Origin: Deltaproteobacteria bacterium
GTDB taxonomy: Bacteria > Desulfobacterota > GWC2-55-46
Direction: 5' to 3'
Length of the DNA stretch: 64,000 bases
Assembly: GCA_016177845.1 (NCBI GenBank)
Contig: JACOUO010000011.1
Coordinates: 512,326 to 576,325 of the forward strand
Numbering within the stretch: the stretch's first letter is position 1; each line of letters begins with the position of its first letter. Of this stretch, positions 38,878 through 49,691 are shown piece by piece. The position numbers and the translations under genes are program-made. The notes under the pieces were generated by a model, which was not told the DNA's origin, made no database searches, and saw only the letters and a program-made list of their open reading frames with translations.

Positions 38878-38948
38878 CTTGATTTTTCCGTCTTACCTGT
38901 ATATCCTTTAAAAGTCAGGGCAGAGTTGATAGCCCTCAGCTAAAACCT

Positions 38949-40262
38949 ATGAAGAAAAAAGCGATCATAATGGGTGCGGCAGGACGGGATTTTCACAACT
39001 TCAACACCTATTTCAGGCACAACGAAGATTACGAAATCACCGCTTTCACCGCAACCCAGATACCATTCATAAGTAACAGGACATATCCTCCAAGCCTTTC
39101 AGGCCCGCTTTATCCTGACGGCATCCCCATACACCCCGAAGAAGAATTAGCTGGACTTATAAAATCACAGAACATTGACGAAGTAATATTTTCATACAGC
39201 GATGTTTCGCATGATTATGTCATGCACAGGGCGTCTCTTGTGACCGCGCTCGGGGCCGACTTCGTCCTCCTTGGGTTTGAAAAAACAATGCTCAAATCAA
39301 GTAAGCCTGTCATATCGGTCTGCGCGGTAAGAACAGGCTGCGGCAAGAGCGGCGTTACAAGATACATTGGAAAGCTATTGAAAGAGCTTGGCAGAAAGCC
39401 TGTTGCCATAAGACACCCAATGCCTTACGGTGACCTTGAAAAACAGGCTGTACAACGCTTCTCCAAACCCCAGGATTTAACAGAGGCAAACTGCACGATT
39501 GAAGAGATGGAAGAATATGAGCCCCTTATCAATGCGGGCATTACCGTATATGCGGGAGTGGATTACGAAAAGATATTGAGAAGGGCTGAACAAGAGGCAG
39601 AGATAATAATATGGGACGGCGGCAATAATGACCTGCCCTTTATAAGGCCTGACCTCTCACTTGTGGTAGCTGACCCGTTAAGGACAGGCCATGAGCTTTC
39701 ATACTATCACGGAGAAGCAAATTTAAGAAGAGCGGATTGCGTAATCATAAATAAGGCAAACTCCGCAAAGTGTGATGATATTGAACAGCTGAAAAAGAAT
39801 ATAAGGTCGGTCAACACAACCGCTCAAATAATACTTACAGCCTCTTCGGTTGATGTTGAGGAGCCGATAAAAGGCAAAAGGGTACTCGTCATAGAGGACG
39901 GCCCTACCCTCACCCACGGCGGTATGGATTACGGCGCAGGCATCATAGCCGCAAGGCTCTACGGGGCAGAGCCCGTTGATGCGAGCCCTTATGCGGTAGG
40001 CACTATCAAAGATACGCTTTCGCGTTATCCCCATATAAAAAACCTTCTTCCTGCAATGGGCTACTCGCCAACACAAATGCGCGAGCTTGAAGAGAGTATA
40101 AACAGGACTCCCTGCGACATGGTCCTTATTGCCACTCCAATCGACCTTGCCAAACTTATCAACATCAAAAAACCTTTTACAAGGGTGCATTACGGGATAG
40201 CTGAGATTGAAACCCCAGGGCTTAAAGGCGTTATAACACAATTCCTTAAGAGGACAGCGTGA
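38949..40262 (+). CDS. arcE: ArcE-like arginine synthetase (COG2403 GTPase / cDPG-synthase-like family)
   Basis: GAAGRDFHNFN, AFTATQIP, AVRTGCGKS, RHPMPYGDL, TIEEMEEYEP, WDGGNND, EDGPTLTHGG, PAMGY. Confidence 0.8.
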   Translation: MKKKAIIMGAAGRDFHNFNTYFRHNEDYEITAFTATQIPFISNRTYPPSLSGPLYPDGIPIHPEEELAGLIKSQNIDEVIFSYSDVSHDYVMHRASLVTALGADFVLLGFEKTMLKSSKPVISVCAVRTGCGKSGVTRYIGKLLKELGRKPVAIRHPMPYGDLEKQAVQRFSKPQDLTEANCTIEEMEEYEPLINAGITVYAGVDYEKILRRAEQEAEIIIWDGGNNDLPFIRPDLSLVVADPLRTGHELSYYHGEANLRRADCVIINKANSAKCDDIEQLKKNIRSVNTTAQIILTASSVDVEEPIKGKRVLVIEDGPTLTHGGMDYGAGIIAARLYGAEPVDASPYAVGTIKDTLSRYPHIKNLLPAMGYSPTQMRELEESINRTPCDMVLIATPIDLAKLINIKKPFTRVHYGIAEIETPGLKGVITQFLKRTA

Positions 40263-41107
40263 GGAGACTGCTCGCCTTTTTCGCTAAAAGGTATATAGCA
40301 GGCATAGAGATAAAAAATGCCATTGAGGCCGCGCGCAGGCTCAACAGCCTCGGCATACTTGCTACAATAGATAACCTTGGCGAAAATGTATCCGATATCC
40401 ATAAGGCAAAACTTTCGGTACGGGAGTATCACAGGCTGCTTGAAGAGATAGACAAGGCAAAGGTCAAATCAACAGTATCGCTTAAACTGACCCACCTTGG
40501 GCTTGATATCTCAGAAGACCTTGCAAGGGCAAATGCCGAGTCAATACTCAGAAAGGCAATGCAGTACGGCAATTCAGTCTGCCTCGATATGGAGGGCTCA
40601 GGATATACCAAAAGGACAATCGATATATGCCTCTCATTAAGGAAAGATTATCCTAATGTGAGCATCGCCATACAGAGCTATCTTAAAAGAAGCGCAGCTG
40701 ACATAACGCTCCTCAATAAAAATAGTATTAGCGTAAGGCTTGTCAAAGGCGCTTACAAAGAACCGCCTGAAATAGCATTTGCGGATAAGAAAGATGTGGA
40801 TGCGAATTATGAGGCTCTGATGAAAGAACTTCTCCTGCACGGAAACAGGCCTGCCATAGCAACGCATGATGAGAGGCTGATAAATGAGGCTATCAGGTTT
40901 GCCAATGACAACGCAATCGGAAAAGAAAGCTTCGAGTTCCAGATGCTCCTTGGGATAAAAAGAGGGCTGCAGAAAAGGCTTGCTGACGAAAGTTTTAAGA
41001 TGCGGGTATATGTGCCTTACGGGGCTGAATGGCTCCCTTATACCCTTCGAAGGTTTAGGGAGCGCAAGGAAAATATCTATTTTGTATTAAAGAATATCTT
41101 TGACTAA
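40259..41107 (+). CDS. Monofunctional proline dehydrogenase
   Basis: DNLGE, SLKLTHLGL, LDME, RLVKGAY, IATHD, EFQMLLG, RVYVPYG, RRFRE; GTGA overlap with arcE. Confidence 0.93.
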   Translation: MRRLLAFFAKRYIAGIEIKNAIEAARRLNSLGILATIDNLGENVSDIHKAKLSVREYHRLLEEIDKAKVKSTVSLKLTHLGLDISEDLARANAESILRKAMQYGNSVCLDMEGSGYTKRTIDICLSLRKDYPNVSIAIQSYLKRSAADITLLNKNSISVRLVKGAYKEPPEIAFADKKDVDANYEALMKELLLHGNRPAIATHDERLINEAIRFANDNAIGKESFEFQMLLGIKRGLQKRLADESFKMRVYVPYGAEWLPYTLRRFRERKENIYFVLKNIFD

Positions 41108-41118
41108 AACAAAAAAAA

Positions 41119-41628
41119 TTATTTCTTGTCAGTCGGGTAAGGAAGTGCGCACTCGGACGGGCTGCCTTTTATCTTTTCAATGGTATGGCATAGCGCAGGC
41201 ATTACTACCGCAAGGTTCTCCCTTACTGCCCTCGGGCTTCCCGGAAGATTTATGATAAGGGATTCGCCCCTGATTCCGCACACAGCCCTTGATATCATGG
41301 CGTTCGGTGTTTTCTTAAGGCTCTCCGCCCTCATCGCCTCTGACATGCCCGGCAGTTCCCTCTCTATCACTGCCTTTGTAGCCTCAGGCGTTACATCCCT
41401 TGGGGTTACGCCTGTGCCGCCTGTAGTAAGTATCAGGTCGAGCTTCTTAATATCGGCATACTCGATGAGCTTTTCCCTTATTACAGAGGTCTCATCAGGG
41501 ATTACCTCATAGGCCTTGACCTGAGCGGGAAGCTCAATTATCATGCGCTCGATTTCCTTGCCGCTTAAATCCTCCCTCTCGCCCCTTGAGCCCTTATCGC
41601 TCATTGTAAGTATGCCTACTGTTATCAT
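41119..41628 (-). CDS. mog: Molybdopterin adenylyltransferase (MogA/MoaB)
   Basis: REDLSG, TTGGTGVTPRDVTPEAT, NLPGSP. Confidence 0.93.
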   Translation of the reverse strand: MITVGILTMSDKGSRGEREDLSGKEIERMIIELPAQVKAYEVIPDETSVIREKLIEYADIKKLDLILTTGGTGVTPRDVTPEATKAVIERELPGMSEAMRAESLKKTPNAMISRAVCGIRGESLIINLPGSPRAVRENLAVVMPALCHTIEKIKGSPSECALPYPTDKK

Positions 41629-41649
41629 CTTATTCTTTCCCGTTTGGTT

Positions 41650-42081
41650 TTATGGTGTCTCGGAGACCCAGACATCCCCTGTCTTTGTAGTCTCCCGTTT
41701 CCAGATAGGCGTAGTGCGTTTAAGCTCTGTTATCGCCCATTCACAGGCCATGAAAGCATCATTACGGTGGGCTGAAGCAGCCACAATCAAAACGATATCC
41801 TCTCCGACATCGATATTGCCTATCCTGTGTACAATGCCCATCTCAATGATATTGAAGTTCTTAAGCGCCCTCTCTCGGATGTCTTTAAGCTTGTTCTCAG
41901 CCATCCCGGGATAGTGCTCAAAATCAAGCCCTGATATCTCAAAGCCTTTTGAGTTGTCCCTTCCGGTACCGAGGAATGTCACTACCGCGCCTATGCCCTT
42001 CGAGGCCTTCTTTACATTTTCCATCTCAGCTTCTATTGAAAAATTCTCTCTTTGTATTCTTACAAGTTCCGGCATTTTCAT
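41650..42081 (-). CDS. moaE: Molybdopterin synthase catalytic subunit
   Basis: GAVVTFLG, EHYPGMA, HRIG, SAHRNDAF, PIWKRE. Confidence 0.95.
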   Translation of the reverse strand: MKMPELVRIQRENFSIEAEMENVKKASKGIGAVVTFLGTGRDNSKGFEISGLDFEHYPGMAENKLKDIRERALKNFNIIEMGIVHRIGNIDVGEDIVLIVAASAHRNDAFMACEWAITELKRTTPIWKRETTKTGDVWVSETP

Positions 42082-42125
42082 CTACCTTATTTTAATTTGA
42101 CTGAAAGCTGACGCTCAAAGAAAGA

Positions 42126-42374
42126 CTAACCGCCTGAGAACGGCGGAAGAAGCCCAATCTCATCTCCGTCCTTGATGACGGTGTTTTTGTCGGCGAATTC
42201 CTGATTTACGGAAATGAATACCGAACGGCTGGCGAATACGCCCTCAAGAGCCGGGAAATCTTTTTTCAGCATCCCCTTAAGCTCTTCAAGAGTAATCGTG
42301 CCCTCGATATTATACTGCTTGGCCTCTGCTTTTGTAAGGTTCTTAAGCATGGCGAAAAATTTTACTGATATCAT
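42126..42374 (-). CDS. moaD: Molybdopterin synthase sulfur carrier
   Basis: VKFFA start, SVNQE, C-terminal PPFSGG. Confidence 0.95.
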   Translation of the reverse strand: MISVKFFAMLKNLTKAEAKQYNIEGTITLEELKGMLKKDFPALEGVFASRSVFISVNQEFADKNTVIKDGDEIGLLPPFSGG

Positions 42375-42376
42375 TT

Positions 42377-44710
42377 TCAGTTGCTCAATTCCGCGCCAAA
42401 GTTTTTATTCAGGTCGAGCTTGACCCTGCTTGACGCCTTAGAGAAAAGCTCTGCGAATGAGTCCCCTTCATTCGGGAATGAAGCATAGCCGTAAAGTATA
42501 TCGGCCTTGCCTTCTCCGAAGGCCTTGCGGAAGTCCTCGTCATTCGCTATCACCTCGGTTATCGAGCCGAGGAGCCTTGAAATTTTTTCATTCGTATCAA
42601 GGAACAGGAAGCCGAAGGTCTCTTCATTAAGCCTTACCACGACATCAAAGTTCCTTGTCCTTTTCCTGATGTAGCCTATGAGTTTTGTCTCGAACTCAGC
42701 CTTCCTGTTCCTGAAGGCATCCTTGAGCCCTGCTATCCTTACGGTAGCAAGCACAAGGCTCTTATCCATTCTGCGCGCCCTGTTAAGCTCCTGCTCAACC
42801 CTCTGCTCAAAGAGATGGAGCGGCGTCTGCCCTGTCTCAAGCTTCCTCTCAGGCTTCTGCTCTGCCCTGGAGTTAAGCATTATGACATTGGCAAGCGCCT
42901 TTTCGGCATAGACCGCGAACCTTGTGAATGTATCGGCGTCAGCCCTGGAAAAAGCGCATGGGTAAACGGTAGCTTCATTCGATTTATTGAATAATGTAAG
43001 TACGGCTATGATGTTGTTCTCAACCCTTAGCGGCAGCGAAAGCACTGACCTGATATAAGGGCTTGCCTCTTCGGAAAATTCCCTCACGACAGCCGTCTTT
43101 TTCCTCAAGACCTCCATTACGGTCTCTTTCTCAATGGGGAGGAAATATTCCCTTATCTTTTTATCGTCAAGCCCGTAGGTAGACACTGTCTGAAAGCGTT
43201 TTGAGCCTGCCTGCTGTATCCTTAAGAGAGAGCCTTCGGCCCCGAGTATCGCGGCAGGGGTGGTTGAAATGATGGTAACAAGCCTTTTGGGGTCTTTTAT
43301 CGATATCATCTCAAGGCCTGCTTCATCTACAGCGAACATCTTCCTTGACCTGAGCTTTTCTTTTTCATGCTTATTCTGCTTATAGACGCTCTCAGCTATC
43401 AAGGTCCTTATGTCTTTGAGGAATGACTCATGGTAAACGGATAGCCCGTGTGAAGAGACCACATGGCCGTTAAGCGTGCCGACAAGCGTATTATTTGATA
43501 CCATCGGCAGTGTAAGATATACCCTCTTGGTCGCGCCGTGCTCAGTCCTGTCAACAAGGAACACATCATCCATTGAATCCATTGTCGCGCCTTCCATGCC
43601 CTCGCCTGCCCTGAGGCTCAGCAGCCCAAGACCCTTGGCGTCCTTTATGCTTGAAGCCTGCAGGAAGAGCCTGTTCCTGTCGTCATCATAGATGTATATG
43701 AAACAGGTCAGCCCCGGCACTATTTCGGAAAGCCTTCTGGCTACGACATTAAGCCTCTTATCAAGCGGAGAGGCGGAGGACATGACAGTATCCACCTCTT
43801 TCCAGAATGTGAACTTGGCAGCATCGACCCTCAGGCGTTCGTATTCATTCGACCGCTGGATAACCTCGGCTGCCAGTGAGGCCAGACTTGTGAGGAAGTT
43901 CAGGTCGTCATTTGTAAACACATGGGCTGATTCGCTTGAGCTTACATTTATTACGCCGATGACCTCCCCGTTTACAAGCAGGGGCACGCACATGGAGTTC
44001 TTGACATCGCTCCTGTCCATGGGGCGGGTGAACTCATCTCCCTTTGCCTTGCCTGATATGAGCATGGGCTTGCCTTCTTTGGCAACTTTACCGGAGATGC
44101 CGTCGCCAAGCGGGACCCTTATCTTTCTTATGACCTCTTCATCCATGCCCTTTGCTATCTCAACCCTCAGCGTGCCTTCTTCGGCTGACAGGAGCATGAT
44201 GGAGCCGCGCTCCGCGTGGGTGTATTCGGTAGCAAGTTTTAAAATTACGGAAAGGAGCTCTTTACGGTCTATTGTGAGGCGCACCGCATCGACTATCTCG
44301 CGGAAGGATGAAAGGAGCGTAAACTGCTCATGCCCTTTATCCACGGCGCCTTCTTTGGGGGCTGAGGCCCTTACTCCCCAGATAAGCCTTGTGCTCAGAG
44401 GGCCTAACTTTTCTATGTCCCTGAACTCAGGGCTTTCGAGGAATTTCTCTGTAGCCTGGTCCTGAAGCGCGTTTATGATTATATCAAGGCCCTGCTGTTT
44501 TTTAATTTCGTTAAGGTCGTGGATGATTTTGATATCGAGGTTTTTGGCAAGGCGGTAGCCGAGCTCATTGAGCTTAAAGAGCATGGCATCCCTGTTCGTA
44601 TCGGCAATCATGCAGATACGGCTCTTCCCGTCATTGAGGAGTATGGGCAGGAGCTTGAGCCCTTCCTTGTTGGCGCCGATGATGGCTATGTTCTTAAGGT
44701 CGTTTGGCAT
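42377..44710 (-). CDS. Rossmann-like plus multi-GAF plus degenerate GGDEF signalling protein
   Basis: NIAIIGA...IAD N-terminus; GAF motifs (GDGISGKVA, CVPL..GEVIGVINV, SLPL..IIAVLTLFNK); RNFDVVVRLNEETF and GYASFPNEG at C-terminus. Confidence 0.8.
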   Translation of the reverse strand: MPNDLKNIAIIGANKEGLKLLPILLNDGKSRICMIADTNRDAMLFKLNELGYRLAKNLDIKIIHDLNEIKKQQGLDIIINALQDQATEKFLESPEFRDIEKLGPLSTRLIWGVRASAPKEGAVDKGHEQFTLLSSFREIVDAVRLTIDRKELLSVILKLATEYTHAERGSIMLLSAEEGTLRVEIAKGMDEEVIRKIRVPLGDGISGKVAKEGKPMLISGKAKGDEFTRPMDRSDVKNSMCVPLLVNGEVIGVINVSSSESAHVFTNDDLNFLTSLASLAAEVIQRSNEYERLRVDAAKFTFWKEVDTVMSSASPLDKRLNVVARRLSEIVPGLTCFIYIYDDDRNRLFLQASSIKDAKGLGLLSLRAGEGMEGATMDSMDDVFLVDRTEHGATKRVYLTLPMVSNNTLVGTLNGHVVSSHGLSVYHESFLKDIRTLIAESVYKQNKHEKEKLRSRKMFAVDEAGLEMISIKDPKRLVTIISTTPAAILGAEGSLLRIQQAGSKRFQTVSTYGLDDKKIREYFLPIEKETVMEVLRKKTAVVREFSEEASPYIRSVLSLPLRVENNIIAVLTLFNKSNEATVYPCAFSRADADTFTRFAVYAEKALANVIMLNSRAEQKPERKLETGQTPLHLFEQRVEQELNRARRMDKSLVLATVRIAGLKDAFRNRKAEFETKLIGYIRKRTRNFDVVVRLNEETFGFLFLDTNEKISRLLGSITEVIANDEDFRKAFGEGKADILYGYASFPNEGDSFAELFSKASSRVKLDLNKNFGAELSN

Positions 44711-44722
44711 AGCTTTTTAAGG

Positions 44723-45130
44723 TCAGATCTTCTCCAGAATGCCAAGCTCAAGAAGCCTGTTGATAAGCCTTATTGATTCAAGGTCTCCGACATATTCACC
44801 GGCTTCCCCGCCTTTTCCCCTTGAAGCCTCATCAAGCCTTCTTAAACCTTCAAGTATCAATGCCTCGGCAGGCTGGTTTATGGATTTATCCGGCGGATTG
44901 GCGTCAGGCTCTACTTCGAACTCCCCGTCTTTCCACGCGAGTAAACTGAAAAAAGCCTCAGGGCCGGTAAATTCCCTGTAAGAGGCATGAACGATATTTC
45001 CGTTCTTGATATAGACCCTGCCGTAACCCATCTCCGAGCCGAGGTGAATAGCTACAGTCTTTCTCTCGGCATTGAAGATCTGGATTATATCGACAAGCCC
45101 CATATCCTTAAGCCTGCCTTTTACTCCCAC
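44723..45130 (-). CDS. Stand-alone DUF4388 (PATAN-like) domain protein
   Basis: GRLKDMGLVDIIQ, GNIVHA, LLAWKDGEF, LILEGLRRLDE. Confidence 0.88.
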   Translation of the reverse strand: MGVKGRLKDMGLVDIIQIFNAERKTVAIHLGSEMGYGRVYIKNGNIVHASYREFTGPEAFFSLLAWKDGEFEVEPDANPPDKSINQPAEALILEGLRRLDEASRGKGGEAGEYVGDLESIRLINRLLELGILEKI

Positions 45131-45306
45131 AGAAGCCTCCGCAAACCATTTTGTGTGGGGCTGACTCGCACCACATCACATTACATTTCGGCTTATTTTA
45201 CAATAAATTAACTTTTTTTTCCATATAGATGAATATTCATGGCGAGCGCACTCCACGAAGCCTGCTGCGGGAGCTTCAATAATTTACGCTGTCCAGGGCT
45301 AAAAAG

Positions 45307-46563
45307 CTACTCCCTGACCTGCCCTTCGCCGAAGATTATGAACTTCTGAGTGGTCAATTCCTCAAGCCCCATAGGGCCGAAGGCGTGTATTTTGGTTGTG
45401 GAGATGCCTATTTCAGCTCCAAGCCCAAGCTGGAATCCGTCAGAGAAGCGGGTTGAAGCGTTTACAAGGACGGTTGAAGAATTTACCTCCCTGATGAATC
45501 TCTGTGAGTTGGCGTAATCCTTTGTAATGATGGACTCTGTGTGGAGCGAGCCGTACTTTGCAATATGGTCGATTGCCTCATCGAGCGTATCCACAACCTT
45601 TACAGCAAGTACCAGGTCAAGATATTCGGCAGACCAGTCCTCTTCGATGGCAGCCTTTATATCCGGCAGGACCTTTCTTGTCCTCTCGCAGCCCCTTAGC
45701 TCTACTCCTGCCTCTTTGTATTTCTTATACATTCCGGGCAGGAACTCATCAGCTATGTTCTTATGGACAAGGAGTGTTTCCATTGCATTGCACACACCCG
45801 GCCTCTGCACCTTGGAATTAAAGCAAATCCTCTCTGCCATCTCAGTATCCGCTGACTCGTCCACAAATACATGGCAGACGCCCTTATAATGTTTTATGAC
45901 GGGTATCTTTGAATTCTCGACCACGAATCTTATAAGGCCCTCTCCCCCCCTTGGGATGATAAGGTCGATGTAGTCCTCAAGCTTAAGCATCTCCTGCACA
46001 GCTTCGCGCTCTACTGTCGGGATTACCTGTATTGCGTTTGCCGGCACGCCTGCTTCCACGCATGCGTCATTCAATACCTTTGCTATCGCGGTATTTGAAT
46101 GTATGGCTTCGCTGCCGCCCCTCAGGATAACGGCATTGCCTGATTTAAGGCAAAGCCCTGCGGCATCCGCGGTTACATTGGGCCTTGATTCATATATAAT
46201 GCCGATAACGCCGATTGGGATGCGCATCTTGCCGACCATGAGGTTATTCGGCCTCTTCCACATCTTGGTGACTTCACCAACAGGGTCAGGCAGCGCAACT
46301 ACTTCACGCAGTCCGTTTGCCATTGTCGAGATGACCTTGTCAGTAAGCGTGAGCCTGTCTATCATCGCCTTTGTAAGGCCTTTTTTTTCGGCAGCCTCGG
46401 TGTCCTTCCTGTTCTCTTCCTTAAGGAATGGGGCATTTGCCTCAAGCCCCTCAGCCATCTTAATGAGGGCTTTATTCTTTACACCTGTGCCAAGCCTTGC
46501 AACTCCAAGGGAGGCCTGCCTGGCGGCTTGGGCTATTTTCAGGATATCCTCTTTCACAGACAT
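45307..46563 (-). CDS. proA: Gamma-glutamyl phosphate reductase
   Basis: [39 protein letters not shown]. Confidence 0.97.
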   Translation of the reverse strand: MSVKEDILKIAQAARQASLGVARLGTGVKNKALIKMAEGLEANAPFLKEENRKDTEAAEKKGLTKAMIDRLTLTDKVISTMANGLREVVALPDPVGEVTKMWKRPNNLMVGKMRIPIGVIGIIYESRPNVTADAAGLCLKSGNAVILRGGSEAIHSNTAIAKVLNDACVEAGVPANAIQVIPTVEREAVQEMLKLEDYIDLIIPRGGEGLIRFVVENSKIPVIKHYKGVCHVFVDESADTEMAERICFNSKVQRPGVCNAMETLLVHKNIADEFLPGMYKKYKEAGVELRGCERTRKVLPDIKAAIEEDWSAEYLDLVLAVKVVDTLDEAIDHIAKYGSLHTESIITKDYANSQRFIREVNSSTVLVNASTRFSDGFQLGLGAEIGISTTKIHAFGPMGLEELTTQKFIIFGEGQVRE

Positions 46564-46616
46564 AAGAAACTCCTTGGAAAATTTTCAGAAACTATTTGAA
46601 AAATAAAGAAAATCAG

Positions 46617-47744
46617 CTAAAGCACGACAAGGTTATCCCTGTGGATAACTTCATCGTACACTTTATATCCGAGTACACCTTCAAGCTCTGCGGTCTTAAG
46701 TCCTTTTATCTTTTCAATCTCGGCAGAGCTGTAATTAGCAACCCCTCTGGCAAATTCCATCCCCAGCATGTCAACGCAGTGGACGACCTCGCCAGCCTCG
46801 AAAAGACCGTCAACATCCTTAATGCCTGAAGGCAGCAGGCTTTTGCCTCCCTTAAGGAGAGCCTCCTTTGCGCCTTCGTCAACAAAGACCCTTCCTGAGG
46901 GCCTTGTTGAGAATGCTATCCAGTGCTTTCTGCTTGTAAGCCTGTCCTCTTTGGGAAGGAAAAGCGTGCCTGCGTCCTCGCCTTTGAGTATCTTAGCTAT
47001 TATATCGGGTGTGTTGCCGTTGGCTATGATGGTAGGTATGCCAAAGTGTGCGGCCTTGCGTGCGGCCTCGCACTTTGACCTTATGCCGCCTGTGCCGAGG
47101 CTGTTGGTCCCGCTTGTCAGTCCGTCAAATTTAAAGCAGTCAATATCCTCTACAAGGGGCACCTTTTTAGCCGTTGGGTCTTTTTTGGGATCTTTGTCAA
47201 AAAGCCCTTCTATATCTGAGAGGATGAGAAGAAGGTCTGCTTCAACAAGGTTTGTTGAAAGGGCTGAGAGCGCGTCATTATCGCCGAACTTTATCTCTTC
47301 AACCGCAACCGTGTCGTTCTCGTTGATAATTGGGGTAATCCCGAGCCTTAAGAGCGTAAGGAGGGTATTTCTGGCATTAAGAAAGCGATTTCTGCTCCCA
47401 AGGTCATCATGTGTCAATAATACCTGTGCGACCTTGTCGCCGATTTCGGAGAAAGCGGCATCATAGAAAGACATGAGTGAGCCCTGCCCCACTGCGGCAA
47501 CCGCCTGCCTCTCAGGTATGCTTACAGGCTTTTCCTTAAGCCCCAGCTTCCTGATCCCCAGAGCAATGGCGCCTGAGCTTACGACTACAGCCTCTTTGCC
47601 TTCCTTTTTAAGCCCGTGTATTTCATCGGCAAGACGGGAGAATATGGTGCGGCCAAGCACAGGCTCACCGGCAACAACCGCGCTCCCGACCTTTACCACA
47701 ATCCTTTTCGCCTTTTTAATTATCTTTTTTCTAAGGTCTTTCAT
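46617..47744 (-). CDS. proB: Glutamate 5-kinase
   Basis: VKVGS, VSSGAI, INENDTV, FGDND, GTGG, PUA domain, IHRDNL. Confidence 0.97.
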   Translation of the reverse strand: MKDLRKKIIKKAKRIVVKVGSAVVAGEPVLGRTIFSRLADEIHGLKKEGKEAVVVSSGAIALGIRKLGLKEKPVSIPERQAVAAVGQGSLMSFYDAAFSEIGDKVAQVLLTHDDLGSRNRFLNARNTLLTLLRLGITPIINENDTVAVEEIKFGDNDALSALSTNLVEADLLLILSDIEGLFDKDPKKDPTAKKVPLVEDIDCFKFDGLTSGTNSLGTGGIRSKCEAARKAAHFGIPTIIANGNTPDIIAKILKGEDAGTLFLPKEDRLTSRKHWIAFSTRPSGRVFVDEGAKEALLKGGKSLLPSGIKDVDGLFEAGEVVHCVDMLGMEFARGVANYSSAEIEKIKGLKTAELEGVLGYKVYDEVIHRDNLVVL

Positions 47745-47771
47745 CTTAATTAAAAAAATTAAATTAAAAAC

Positions 47772-48797
<1,026 letters not shown>

Positions 48798-48879
48798 TTA
48801 CCTTTAAATTAATTTTATAAGTATTCGAAATTCTTGCCCTTTGTATATAAAGATACACCTAAGCGGTGATTCAATCCAT

Positions 48880-48930
48880 AAAAAAAGGGCGGTTACGGAA
48901 AGGCCAACCAAGCCTCTCCTCTCCGCCCTT
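48880..48930 (-). terminator. Probable terminator after rpmA
   Basis: AAGGGCGG...CCGCCCTT followed by T-tract on minus strand. Confidence 0.6.
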
Positions 48931-48952
48931 ATCATTTATCTGATTTTATATT

Positions 48953-49204
48953 TTACTGCGGCAGAATGTTTACGAACTTCTTCTGACCTTTTTCTTCAAA
49001 CTGGACAACGCCTGTGACCTTGGCAAAAAGTGTGAAATCCCTGCCCAGACCTACATTAGTGCCCGGCCATATTTTTGTGCCAAGCTGTCTTACTAAGATA
49101 GAGCCGCCTGAGACCAGCTGGCCTGAAAACCTCTTCACGCCTCTTCTCTGGCCATTACTGTCTCTACCGTTTCTGGAACTGCCGCCTGCTTTCTTATGTG
49201 CCAT
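48953..49204 (-). CDS. rpmA: 50S ribosomal protein L27
   Basis: [16 protein letters not shown]. Confidence 0.98.
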   Translation of the reverse strand: MAHKKAGGSSRNGRDSNGQRRGVKRFSGQLVSGGSILVRQLGTKIWPGTNVGLGRDFTLFAKVTGVVQFEEKGQKKFVNILPQ

Positions 49205-49256
49205 TTTTTAAAGATCCTCCCTGCTATTGACTCAAAAATTGTATTTTAAAATTAAA

Positions 49257-49568
49257 TTATGCCTTGATTTCTGTGATCTTGAGGCTTGTAAAGAGCTGCC
49301 TGTGGCCCTGCTTCTTTGTATAGCCTTTCCTTCTCTTCTTCTTGAATATCAGGACTTTTTTGTCCTTACCATGCTCAATTATTTCGGCTACCACTTTTGC
49401 CCCATCCACTACAGGTGTGCCTACTTTTAAAGTATCGCCTTCGCCTACTGCGAGAACATCGGAGAGTTCTACACTTGTTCCTACCTCACCCGCAAGTTTC
49501 TCAACATTGACGACATCACCCTGTGAAACCCTATACTGTTTTCCGCCTGTTTTTATGACTGCGTACAT
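49257..49568 (-). CDS. rplU: 50S ribosomal protein L21
   Basis: [12 protein letters not shown]...GHRQ. Confidence 0.98.
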   Translation of the reverse strand: MYAVIKTGGKQYRVSQGDVVNVEKLAGEVGTSVELSDVLAVGEGDTLKVGTPVVDGAKVVAEIIEHGKDKKVLIFKKKRRKGYTKKQGHRQLFTSLKITEIKA

Positions 49569-49601
49569 CTCTTTTTGTCCTCCGAGTATATTGAATGTTA
49601 A

Positions 49602-49630
49602 ATATTACTGGTTTTAATGAGCGTTGTCAA
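49602..49630 (-). promoter_or_regulatory. sigma70 promoter of rplU-rpmA
   Basis: TTGACA-17 bp-TAATAT. Confidence 0.8.
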
Positions 49631-49691
49631 GAAGTTTGTAAAGAAAAAACACCATCTTGCAAACCCGGCAAAAACCGATAGAATCTTGAAG

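Noticed and set aside
38949..40262. Literal cyclic 2,3-diphosphoglycerate synthetase call
   Set aside because: GAAGRDFHNFN subfamily and Pro/Orn gene context fit ArcE better; no 2-phosphoglycerate kinase nearby
42126..42374. Ubiquitin-like protein as part of a conjugation or defence system
   Set aside because: Adjacent moaE and mog make canonical MoaD the simple explanation; no E1/E2/JAB genes nearby
46632..46649. DnaA-box-like palindrome at the end of proB
   Set aside because: Explained by the conserved VIHRDN coding sequence
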